The translations under genes and the position numbers were made by a program. Positions 21,709 through 30,099 of a DNA stretch of 64,000 nucleotides are shown piece after piece. This stretch comes from Pseudolysinimonas sp. (GTDB lineage Bacteria > Actinomycetota > Actinomycetes > Actinomycetales > Microbacteriaceae), in the NCBI GenBank assembly GCA_036499485.1, contig DASYDQ010000032.1, positions 17,576 through 81,575 of the forward strand. Reading direction: 5' to 3'. Position 1 is the stretch's first letter. Every line of letters starts with the position of its first letter. The notes under the pieces are model-generated. The model worked only from the letters and a program-made list of their open reading frames with translations, did not search any database and was not told the origin of the DNA.

Positions 21709-22026
21709 ATGTCTGAATTGCGGGTAGCGTCCGACGCGGTTCGCGACGCCGGAGCCCGGGCTCGCGCTCTCATGCAGGAGTTCGCGGAAGGTGTGAGCGA
21801 GACCGATCGGATGTCGGCGAACCTCGTGAGCACCTGGACCGGCCCGGCGTCCGCATCGTTCCTGGCGGGGTGGACGGAGTGGGCACGCGGGGCGTCGGAG
21901 GTTCAGACGGCTCTCGCGGGCATCGCCCGACTGCTCGGCGAATCGGCTGACCAGTACGAGAGCACCGAGTCGGCGGTCACGCAGGTGTCGAAGGACTCGT
22001 CCGTGACGGTGGGCGGCGAGCGATGA
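21709..22026 (+). CDS. WXG100 family protein (EsxF-like)
   Basis: LRV..., WTG, GWTEWARGASEVQ, YESTE (YxxxE). Confidence 0.88.
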   Translation: MSELRVASDAVRDAGARARALMQEFAEGVSETDRMSANLVSTWTGPASASFLAGWTEWARGASEVQTALAGIARLLGESADQYESTESAVTQVSKDSSVTVGGER

Positions 22027-22307
22027 CGCGTTTCCGGGTGGACACCGACGAGCTGGATCGCGCCGTTGCCGCGATCGCCGCGTTGGCGGCGCTGAGTGAG
22101 AAGCTGCTGACCGAGGTCGACGCGCTCGCTGCCGCGGCATCGGCGGAGTGGTCGGGTGAGGCCAATGCGCAGTTCGTCGCGCTGAAGGCCGAGTGGGCGC
22201 AGGGGGCCAGACTCATGTCGGAGGGCATCCGGACGATCCATCAGGCGGCGACCGCCTCACACGGCAACTACGTGCAGAGCTCGGCCGCCGCGAGCCGGCT
22301 CTGGTGA
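22023..22307 (+). CDS. WXG100 family protein (EsxE-like)
   Basis: FRVD, WSGEA, WAQGARLM, SHGNY...LW C-terminus; ATGA overlap with the upstream gene. Confidence 0.88.
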   Translation: MTRFRVDTDELDRAVAAIAALAALSEKLLTEVDALAAAASAEWSGEANAQFVALKAEWAQGARLMSEGIRTIHQAATASHGNYVQSSAAASRLW

Positions 22308-22314
22308 GGCACTG

Positions 22315-23970
22315 ATGGTCTCGTTGCTGGTCGACACCCTCTCGTTCGTCGAGGCGGGTTCTCAGGCGGCCGAGGTGGCCCGGTCGGTGGATCGAGCGCT
22401 GTCGCGCGCGGCATCCGGCCTGGGCCGTTTGAGTCACATGGCAGGGTCGGACTCGAACGGGCTGAAGTGGGCGGGGGCCTATGACCAGGCCGCCGGGCAG
22501 CTGTTCGGCTACGCCGCCCAACTGCACGACGCGACGTCGACGGTCGCGCGCAACCTCACTGCGACCGGCTACTACTACGAGGTCGCCGAGATCACGAACG
22601 CCGGGCAGACGGTGGAGCTGGTGCTGCCCGCCCCGATCCTCGAAGCGAGCTGTCCCTACCTCCCGTCAGCCGCGGGCGGTGCGCGGGTGTTCCCGAACCC
22701 GAACCCCGCCTTCGAATGGATCGCCGAGCAGATCGCCAACCTGATCGGCGACATGTGGCCGGACGGCGACACCACCAAGCTGGACGAGGCGTCCAAGGTG
22801 TGGCACGCCTTCGCCGACGACCTCGATGACGTCGCGTCGGGCCTGTCATCCGTGAAAGGCGCTCTCGACGGGGTCGACACCCCGGAGCTGCCACGCGTGC
22901 ACGACTCCATCGACCGCGTCCGCACCTTCGCGAAGAAGCTGGCCACCGCATCCCGCGACCTCGGCACCGCAGCCAACCAGCTGTCGGGCAAGATCGCTTA
23001 TGTCCACACGCAGACCGAGATCACGGTCGGGATCACGATCGGCGTGATCGCGGCGACCGTCGCGGCGGCGCTGGGGCTGACGGTCTTCACCTTCGGGATC
23101 TCGGACGCGGCCGGAGTGGCGGGCGTCGCCGGAGAGACGGCGGGCGCCGTCGCCACCATCACCGGATTCATCGGCGAACTGGCGGCCACGATCTCGTCAG
23201 CGGTCGGCGGCATCGTCGCATCGACAGCAGGCCTGGTGGGGATCAGCGCCGACATGGCCGCGACGATCGGGGTGACCGTCGGGGACGTCAGTGCGACCGC
23301 CGTGCTGTGGGGCTTCGCCGGAGCAGCCGAGAACACGATCGTCACGGGAGTCACCGAGCCCGGCAGCGACCTGTCCGAGGCCGCAGGTGAGGGCTTCATC
23401 AGCTGGGGCATCGGCGGCGCGCTCGGCGGTGCCCTGGGCGGTGGGCTCGGCAGGACCGTCGAGTTCGTCGGCGGAGAGGGTGTCGCCGGGACGGCCGGCG
23501 CCGCCGAAACCATCAGCGGTCTGTCCCCGGAGATCACGCACGGCGTGCGATTCTTCGGCCAGGAGCAGCTCAAGTACTACACGGGCGCGAACGCGACCCT
23601 GGGGCGCGCGGGCGATGCGATCTTCTTGATGCCCGAGCAGGACGCGGGCTCCGTGCTGAACGGCATCGATGCGGCCATCAAGTCCGGCTTGGCGCCGAGC
23701 GTCACGAACGCCGCGCGCACCGGGGGGGACATCTATGGCGTGGTGGTGCCGCTCGACGGGATCGCGACGCGGGTCCCGACCATCGCGGACGCGAACGGCT
23801 GGCCCCACTTCAGCCTCGGCGGCCACACCGGGGTGAACATCGACGGCATCCAGTTGTTGAACGACACCCGCGAGTTCGTCGTCGATGGCGGCATCGACCT
23901 GCCACCTGGGACGATGGCCTTCAAGTTGCTGGATGGTGGTGCATGGGACATCGTGGGGATGGTGGGCTAG
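22315..23970 (+). CDS. T7SS polymorphic toxin: CpnT-like N-terminal domain, hydrophobic Gly/Ala-rich linker, unknown C-terminal domain
   Basis: MAGSDSNGLKWAGAYD, YYEVAE, PSAAGG, MWPDGDTTKL motifs as in the CpnT N-terminus; about 150-aa globular C-terminus. Confidence 0.82.
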   Translation: MVSLLVDTLSFVEAGSQAAEVARSVDRALSRAASGLGRLSHMAGSDSNGLKWAGAYDQAAGQLFGYAAQLHDATSTVARNLTATGYYYEVAEITNAGQTVELVLPAPILEASCPYLPSAAGGARVFPNPNPAFEWIAEQIANLIGDMWPDGDTTKLDEASKVWHAFADDLDDVASGLSSVKGALDGVDTPELPRVHDSIDRVRTFAKKLATASRDLGTAANQLSGKIAYVHTQTEITVGITIGVIAATVAAALGLTVFTFGISDAAGVAGVAGETAGAVATITGFIGELAATISSAVGGIVASTAGLVGISADMAATIGVTVGDVSATAVLWGFAGAAENTIVTGVTEPGSDLSEAAGEGFISWGIGGALGGALGGGLGRTVEFVGGEGVAGTAGAAETISGLSPEITHGVRFFGQEQLKYYTGANATLGRAGDAIFLMPEQDAGSVLNGIDAAIKSGLAPSVTNAARTGGDIYGVVVPLDGIATRVPTIADANGWPHFSLGGHTGVNIDGIQLLNDTREFVVDGGIDLPPGTMAFKLLDGGAWDIVGMVG

Positions 23971-24185
23971 CCGACCTTCCGGGACCCGGATGCGACTACT
24001 GCCGCTCCGGGTCGACGACGCAGACGGAGATCCCCTTGCTGAATCTTGGACTGGCGATCGACCAGAAGAGCGATGTGTTCCGATGCGTCGTCTGCGGCAC
24101 CTTCTGGGACGAGGGTGAAGCCTATCCACGACGAATTTCTCTCAACCGCGCGCGAGCGCTCCTCCCCGATCTGGAGCTGTCATGA
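23943..24185 (+). CDS. Small CxxC-CxxC zinc-ribbon protein, putative immunity protein
   Basis: GCDYCR...FRCVVCGTFW; overlaps the toxin 3' end and is coupled to the next gene by ATGA. Exact start uncertain. Confidence 0.65.
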   Translation: MGHRGDGGLADLPGPGCDYCRSGSTTQTEIPLLNLGLAIDQKSDVFRCVVCGTFWDEGEAYPRRISLNRARALLPDLELS

Positions 24186-24586
24186 CCGAAGACATCCCGA
24201 CGACGCCGTTCGAAGAAGCGCTCGTTCGCGGCGCACGGCAGGAGGAGTCGCTGGCCGAGATCCTCGGCAAGTTCTGGAACGAGTTGCTCGTCGTCCCATC
24301 CGGCGCGGATGTGTCCGTCGCTTCGAACACCCTCCAGCCGGTACTGTTCGCGCGGGAGTCGGATCGCATGATGGCCGTCTACACCGATTTCGGCCGTATC
24401 CCCGGTGACATCTCAAGCAAGGCACCCTATGCGGTGCGCCTTCATGGCCGGGATCTGCTGCGAGGGGTTCAGCCCGGGGTCGGACTGGTGGTCAATCCGG
24501 GAACGACGTGGGGATTCGAGATCCTTCCCAGCAGCATCCCGGCGATCGTCGCCACATTCGGCCAGACCCCGACGGAAAGCGCCTGA
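24182..24586 (+). CDS. SseB-family protein, putative immunity protein
   Basis: FEEAL..., LLVVPS, MAVYTD, GRDLL...GLVVNPG...FEI pattern; GGAG RBS. Confidence 0.75.
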   Translation: MTEDIPTTPFEEALVRGARQEESLAEILGKFWNELLVVPSGADVSVASNTLQPVLFARESDRMMAVYTDFGRIPGDISSKAPYAVRLHGRDLLRGVQPGVGLVVNPGTTWGFEILPSSIPAIVATFGQTPTESA

Positions 24587-24610
24587 GGGCGACCTGGCGG
24601 GAAAGGCCGG

Positions 24611-27600
24611 CTAGTCCGGCAGCTGCAGCAGCGTCAGCTCGCCATCACCGAGGTTCGCGAGCCCCCGGCCCGGCTGCACGCCGGTGCTCAGGCTCGACCG
24701 AGACAGGCGTGCGCCCACCAGCTCGCCGTCGCTGATGCTCTGCGGGCTGAGCAGGATGCCGCTGCGGTTCTTGCGGATCTCCACCTGCCAGCCGCTGAAT
24801 CCGCCCGCGACCTGCGAGCTGTCCCCGCCGAGGACGATTCCCACGCCGCGGTCACGGGCGCCGCGCACCAGATCCTTCAGCCAGTCCTTCGCCGCGACAT
24901 CCCGCAGCAGCTCCCCGTCGTCCACGATGAGCACCCGCTTCGTCGCGCCGTCGAACAGGGGCGCGAGCTCCGCCTCGGTGAGCTCGCTCCCCGTGAGCAC
25001 GGCGGCGACGCCCGACGTCCCCTCCAGCGCTCGCAGCGGCGAGGGACGGGGCGCGAGCACGACGATCGATGCGCCGCCGTCGAGCAGGGTGCGGGCCATC
25101 GTGGCGAGCACGGTGCTGCGGCCTGATTTGGCCGGGCCGGCCACCACAAAGGTCGGAACGCCCTCGAACAGGTTCACCCCGTGGCCGCGCAGTTCGTCGC
25201 CGCCGACTCCGACGAGGGCCCAGCCGGCTGCCCGCTGCTCGTCGCCGGTGCGCGCCAGGGCGTCGGCGAGAGTCAGGGTGGTCGGCAGCGCATCCAGCCG
25301 GAAGGGGCGCCGGGATGCCTCGAGCCCGGCGTCGCGGCTGGTGGCGCGTGCCGCGATCTCTCGAAGGGCCGCCGCCTGGGCCGCCCCGGAGGGATCGGGC
25401 GCCAGCAGTGCGATCTGCAGCTCCACGGCGTTCTCGGAGCGGAACGCCCGGCCGGGCGGGATGTCCTCCGGCAGTTTGCGCGGGTTCAGGTTGGCGAGCG
25501 AATAGTCGGAGCGCTCGGTGAGTCTCAGCATGAGCTTGCTGTCGACCAGGGTCGAGATGCGCCCCGACAGCAGCTGCCGGTCGCCGGTGATGATGAGGTG
25601 GATGCCGACGCTCGCTCCCTCGCGAAGCAAGAACTGAACCTGGTCGACGAGTGCGCCGTCGTCGACGGTGCCGAGGCTCGTCAGGAAGCCCTCCCACAGG
25701 TCGATCAGCAGGAGGATGTGCGGCAGTCGCGCCGCGGCACCGGCTGCCCCGTCCACTGCGGCCCTTCGCTGCTCCGCGAGATCGGCGAAGCCTCCCGAGG
25801 AGAGCACGCCCTGGCGGGTGGCGACCTCTGCGAGGAGGCGGGCGAGGAGGCGCTGCACGCGATCCACCTGGTGGCGCTGCGCGATCGCGCCGGAGTGCGG
25901 GAAGTCGGCGAGAGGCAGAAGGGCGCCGTTGCCGCAGTCGATGCCGTAGATGTGCAGGTCGCTCGCCCTGACACGCGCGGCGCCCACGCCGGCGATGGTC
26001 CGAAGTGTCTGACTGCGCCCCGAGCGCGGAGCCCCGATCACGAAGAGATGGCCGAAGACGTCCAGATCGATGAGTGCGGGCTTCTGCAGCTGCTGGCTCG
26101 GGTGATCCTCGATGCCGTAGGAGAAAGCGGCGGGGTCGGCCCCGAAGGCCCGCACGAGCGACTCGATCGTCACCTCGTCGGGCAGGGCGGGCAGCCACGG
26201 CTCGGGCTGCTCGGCGATCCCGAGGCGCTCGGCGGCGCCGCGGATCGCCGCGACCAGCGCCCGCAGGTCGGTGTCGCCGGCCTCGCTCCGGGTGGCCTCG
26301 GCCCGGGCGGCCGTCGGGGCCGGATCGGCGAGCTCCGCGAGCGTCATGGTGCGGATGAGCGGCTCGGCCCCCGCGTCCCGGCCGTTCGACGTGCTCGGCG
26401 TGCCGGGGCGGCGGCCGCCGACGCGGCCGGCCTGGAAGGGCACCAGCGAGCTCGCACCCAACCGCACGTAGGCACGGCCGGGCGTCGACTTGCTGATGCG
26501 GGCGGCATCCGGGGCATCGATGACATCGGTGCTCTCCGACGCGTCGGTGACCCGGAGCGCGATGCGCAGGTTCGTGTTGGCCCGGATCTCGGGCGAGACG
26601 ACGCCGCTCGGCCGCTGCGTCGCCAAGATCAGATGGATGCCAAGCGACCGCCCCCGTTGCGCGATGTTCACCAGTCCGTGCACGAAGTCGGGCAATTCCC
26701 GGGCGAGCGAGGCGAACTCGTCGATGACGATCGCCAGGCGCGGGATGGGGGCCAGGGTCGCCTGCCGGGCACGCAGATCGAGATAGTCGGGCAGATCCTT
26801 TGCGCCGGCCGCGGCCAGCAGGTGCTCGCGGCGGCGCAGCTCCGCGCCGAGGGACTCGAGAGCCCGCTCGACCAGGTGCGTGTCGAGGTCGGTGACCATG
26901 CCGACGGTGTGCGGGAGGTCGACGCAGTCCTTGAACGCGGCGCCGCCCTTGTAGTCGACGAGCACGAAGTTCATCTCGTCGGGCCGGTTCGCGACGGCGA
27001 GCGAGGCGACCAGAGTCTGCAGCAGCTCGCTCTTGCCCGAACCGGTCGTGCCGGCGATGAGTGCGTGCGGGCCGTCGACGCTGAGGTCGATCGAGAACGC
27101 CCCGTCGATCGATTCGCCCACCACGGCCACCGTGCTGCGGGGCGAGCGCTGCCACCCGGCCGCCACGGCGTCGGCGGTCGGCGGATCGAGGTGGAGCACG
27201 TCGAGCAGGCGGCTCGAGTTCGGGATCGACCCGTCGCCCTCCTCCGGGCTGGCGTCGTGGATCGGTGCGATGCCGCGCGCGACCCAGTCCAGCCAGTCGT
27301 CGTCGATCAGATCGGGGCGGATGCCCTTCAGCACGTCGACGCGCTGCTGACGGATGACCAGTCCTTCGGCATCCGCGATGACCACCGCCGTGCACTCCTC
27401 GGGCAGCAACCGTTCGTCGGAGTCGACGCACAGGCTGTAGATCCCGACCGACGGGCCTTCCTTCAGCACCCGCACCAGGCCGGGCATGCTGCGCATGCGG
27501 CGTGCGCCGTCGATCACGACGACCACCTCGGACCCGGTCCACTGGCCACCGCCGTTGCCGGCGGACTCCTGCCGCGCGTCCAGCAGGGCCACGAGCTCGG

Positions 27601-29014
27601 CGATGCGGCGCGCGGTGCTCGACGCCGTGACTCCGAGGGTGGTCATCGTCTCCTGGCCGAACGCGGGCTGCACGTGGGGGAGCCACGACATCCAGTGCCA
27701 GGGCTTCTGGCCCGAGGCATCCGTCAGCAGGTACAGCTGCACATCGCGGGGGCTCTGCAGAACGGCGAGTTGGGCGACCGCCCATTGCGCGAGGCGTCGT
27801 GGCCGATCGCCCCAGCCCGCGATGCCGACGACCCCGCGCTCGCCGAGCTGGAACACGGCGGGCGCGTCCCGGGCATCCCAGGTGACCGTGCGGCGGTGCT
27901 CGAGCTGCTCGGGGTCGTCCAGGGTCACGCGCGAGGGCTGCGTCGCCGTCCCGACCCGGATGCGCAGGTGGTCGGGATCGGAGTTGCGCCGCTCCCACAA
28001 CCGGGGCAGCGGGCGGGTGGCGATCTCGGCGAGTTCGGCCGGATCGGGCGCGTTCCGGAGCAGCTCGGCGCGCTCGGCGACCAGGGCGGCGGCGGCATCC
28101 GATTCGATGACCGCCTTGTGCGTGCGGTACTCGGCCGCCTCGGTGCGCCGTGATTTCTTACCCGTGCGTTTGTCGGTGAGGTAGTTCGCGACGATCGTCA
28201 CCGGCGACAGGGCTGCGATCAGCAGGAAGTAGTAGTTCTTGAGGAGGAGGGCCGAGGCCCCGGCGATGACGAGCGGAAGGATCGCGGCCAGGATCGGCAG
28301 CGGCCGGGCCTTCTGATCGCGCGGGGGAGCAGGCAGCCGCAGCGAGGTGCTGGTCTCGGGCGGGAGGATGCGGGGCGGCCGGTTGTAGTCGATCCCGCCG
28401 CCCTGTTCCGAGGGAACGAAGGCCGCAAGGTCGTCATCTGGGCGCGCCAGCTCGATCAGGCGGCCGGCGATCGAGATCTGCCCGCCGGCGGGCCACGCCG
28501 TGGCGACGGATGCCGCGATCTCGTCGCCGTCGAGGGTGGCGGCGGTCTCCGCTCCTGCCGGCCGCACCGTGACGGAGTCCGCTCCCGCGATGTCGACCAC
28601 GAGCTCGATGGGCGCGATCCGCGAGCGGTCGTCGATGCGCAGTGCGGCATCCGGCGATGAACCGATGGTGACGATGCCGCGCCAGGCATGCAGCGTGGTG
28701 CCAGCTCCCTCGCCCGAGACGATGCGGAACTGCACCAGGGCGTCCTCTGGGGTCGTCTCCCAGGCGGCGAGGGCGGCGCGCGGTCCGATCACCACCGAGC
28801 TGCCCTCGCGCATCCCCGCCGTGGTCAGCGGTTCCGTCATCGGGACCACCCGGCCGTCGACCAGCAGGGCGAGCGCCGAGCCACCGGGATCGGCTCCGAC
28901 GGCCGCGGCGAGCTTCGGCACGATCTCGGTGAGCGCTGCGGACTCCTCCGCCTCGAGCAGGACGTCGCTCGCCGAGCCGGTGCGCGCATCCGACACGGAG
29001 ATCATCAGGCGCAT
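24611..29014 (-). CDS. EssC/EccC-like FtsK/SpoIIIE T7SS coupling ATPase (ubiquitin-like + FHA-like + 2 TM + D0 + 3 ATPase domains)
   Basis: YNRPPR, RLWERR, DGPHALIAGTTGSGKSELL, LVDYKGG, IVIDEFA, GRSLGIHLILATQRP, PWLPALP, GAPRSGRS, GPAKSGRS. Confidence 0.92.
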   Translation of the reverse strand: MRLMISVSDARTGSASDVLLEAEESAALTEIVPKLAAAVGADPGGSALALLVDGRVVPMTEPLTTAGMREGSSVVIGPRAALAAWETTPEDALVQFRIVSGEGAGTTLHAWRGIVTIGSSPDAALRIDDRSRIAPIELVVDIAGADSVTVRPAGAETAATLDGDEIAASVATAWPAGGQISIAGRLIELARPDDDLAAFVPSEQGGGIDYNRPPRILPPETSTSLRLPAPPRDQKARPLPILAAILPLVIAGASALLLKNYYFLLIAALSPVTIVANYLTDKRTGKKSRRTEAAEYRTHKAVIESDAAAALVAERAELLRNAPDPAELAEIATRPLPRLWERRNSDPDHLRIRVGTATQPSRVTLDDPEQLEHRRTVTWDARDAPAVFQLGERGVVGIAGWGDRPRRLAQWAVAQLAVLQSPRDVQLYLLTDASGQKPWHWMSWLPHVQPAFGQETMTTLGVTASSTARRIAELVALLDARQESAGNGGGQWTGSEVVVVIDGARRMRSMPGLVRVLKEGPSVGIYSLCVDSDERLLPEECTAVVIADAEGLVIRQQRVDVLKGIRPDLIDDDWLDWVARGIAPIHDASPEEGDGSIPNSSRLLDVLHLDPPTADAVAAGWQRSPRSTVAVVGESIDGAFSIDLSVDGPHALIAGTTGSGKSELLQTLVASLAVANRPDEMNFVLVDYKGGAAFKDCVDLPHTVGMVTDLDTHLVERALESLGAELRRREHLLAAAGAKDLPDYLDLRARQATLAPIPRLAIVIDEFASLARELPDFVHGLVNIAQRGRSLGIHLILATQRPSGVVSPEIRANTNLRIALRVTDASESTDVIDAPDAARISKSTPGRAYVRLGASSLVPFQAGRVGGRRPGTPSTSNGRDAGAEPLIRTMTLAELADPAPTAARAEATRSEAGDTDLRALVAAIRGAAERLGIAEQPEPWLPALPDEVTIESLVRAFGADPAAFSYGIEDHPSQQLQKPALIDLDVFGHLFVIGAPRSGRSQTLRTIAGVGAARVRASDLHIYGIDCGNGALLPLADFPHSGAIAQRHQVDRVQRLLARLLAEVATRQGVLSSGGFADLAEQRRAAVDGAAGAAARLPHILLLIDLWEGFLTSLGTVDDGALVDQVQFLLREGASVGIHLIITGDRQLLSGRISTLVDSKLMLRLTERSDYSLANLNPRKLPEDIPPGRAFRSENAVELQIALLAPDPSGAAQAAALREIAARATSRDAGLEASRRPFRLDALPTTLTLADALARTGDEQRAAGWALVGVGGDELRGHGVNLFEGVPTFVVAGPAKSGRSTVLATMARTLLDGGASIVVLAPRPSPLRALEGTSGVAAVLTGSELTEAELAPLFDGATKRVLIVDDGELLRDVAAKDWLKDLVRGARDRGVGIVLGGDSSQVAGGFSGWQVEIRKNRSGILLSPQSISDGELVGARLSRSSLSTGVQPGRGLANLGDGELTLLQLPD

Positions 29015-29065
29015 GCCCGAAGTCTATTGATCCTCACTGTGTCGCCCCGTGGGCATACTGGAGCC

Positions 29066-29446
29066 ATGGCATCCGTGATCGAATTCACCCTCAATGGCGA
29101 CCAGGCAGCCGCACGAGACACCGTCATGTCTGCGACCGCCTCTCAGGGCTTCGCCGCCCAGTCGACCAACGAGTGGAGCTACCTGCTCACCCGCGGCAAC
29201 AACACCAAGACGCTGCTGCTCGGCGCAATGGCCGGCAAGGACTTCTACCTCAAGTTCGGGGTGGACTTCTCCGTCGCCGGCGACGGATTCATCGCGCGGC
29301 TCTCGCGCGACGTCGCCGGCAGCGCGCTTCGCGGCGGGGTGATCGGGGCGTCCAAGGCCTCCGACGTCTTCCAGCAGCTGGCGGATGCCGTCGGCGCCGC
29401 CGCCACCCAGGCGGGCATCTACGTCGCGAACCGCACGGTCTCCTGA
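29066..29446 (+). CDS. Hypothetical protein divergent from the T7SS ATPase
   Basis: 126-aa ORF with high-GC codon bias; CATACT -10-like hexamer 6 nt upstream of ATG. Confidence 0.7.
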   Translation: MASVIEFTLNGDQAAARDTVMSATASQGFAAQSTNEWSYLLTRGNNTKTLLLGAMAGKDFYLKFGVDFSVAGDGFIARLSRDVAGSALRGGVIGASKASDVFQQLADAVGAAATQAGIYVANRTVS

Positions 29447-29456
29447 CCCCGGCTCC

Positions 29457-29972
29457 ATGGACGCCGACGAGCTCGCCGCACTTCGCGCGTCCGGCGCGCT
29501 CGCCGAGACGCGGCTGACCCCGCCGCCCGCCGTCGGGTCGCCCGCCGCGCGGCGCGCAACGGCCTCGCCGTTCGCCGGTCCGGATGCCGCATCCCGCCCC
29601 GCACGCGCCGAGCACCCGGTCGCGGCTCCTGCGGCGGTCGCGTCGAACGTCGAGTTGCAGCTCTCCAGTGGAGAGCACCTCCGAGTCGCCGGTCGCGGCG
29701 TGATCGGCCGCGACCCCTCTGAGGCGCCGGGCGCCTACGCACACCGGATCACCCTGGCCGACACCGAGAAGCTGCTGTCGCGTGCGCACCTCGAGTTCGG
29801 GTTGGAAGGGAACGGGCAGTTCTGGATCTCCGACCTGCATTCGACGAACGGGGTCGTCGTGGAGCGGGCGGGGCAGGCTCCGCAGCGCTGCCTGCCCGGC
29901 TACCGGGTCGTGATCCAGCCGGGCGATCGGGTCATGTTCGGGGGCCGCATCCTGACCATCACGGCGAGCTGA
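29457..29972 (+). CDS. FHA domain-containing protein
   Basis: IGRDP, LSRAH, DLHSTNG, GDRVMFG: canonical pThr-binding motifs; Pro/Ala-rich N-terminus. Confidence 0.85.
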   Translation: MDADELAALRASGALAETRLTPPPAVGSPAARRATASPFAGPDAASRPARAEHPVAAPAAVASNVELQLSSGEHLRVAGRGVIGRDPSEAPGAYAHRITLADTEKLLSRAHLEFGLEGNGQFWISDLHSTNGVVVERAGQAPQRCLPGYRVVIQPGDRVMFGGRILTITAS

Positions 29973-30004
29973 CTACTCCCGCGGGAGTATTTCCGGATTT
30001 CATC

Positions 30005-30035
30005 TTGTGCACTATTCCGATATATCGGTATAGTG
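30005..30035 (+). promoter_or_regulatory. padR promoter overlapped by a palindromic operator
   Basis: TTGTGC-N18-TATAGT overlapping near-palindrome CACTATTCCGATATATCGGTATAGTG. Confidence 0.7.
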
Positions 30036-30099
30036 TCGTTATCGGTCACGATGACTCGCGGACTCCATCTCCGCGGCGGGACCGTCCAAGGAGATTTTC

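Noticed and set aside
24611-26100. Degenerate Walker A motifs (GAPRSGRS, GPAKSGRS) as evidence of pseudogenisation
   Set aside because: The second and third ATPase domains of EccC/EssC proteins are commonly non-catalytic; the frame is intact.
25181-28153. 990-aa + strand ORF and 1048-aa alternative-frame ORF overlapping the T7SS ATPase
   Set aside because: Shadow ORFs expected from high-GC codon bias; no recognisable motifs, and the alternative-frame one is Arg/Pro/Gly-rich.
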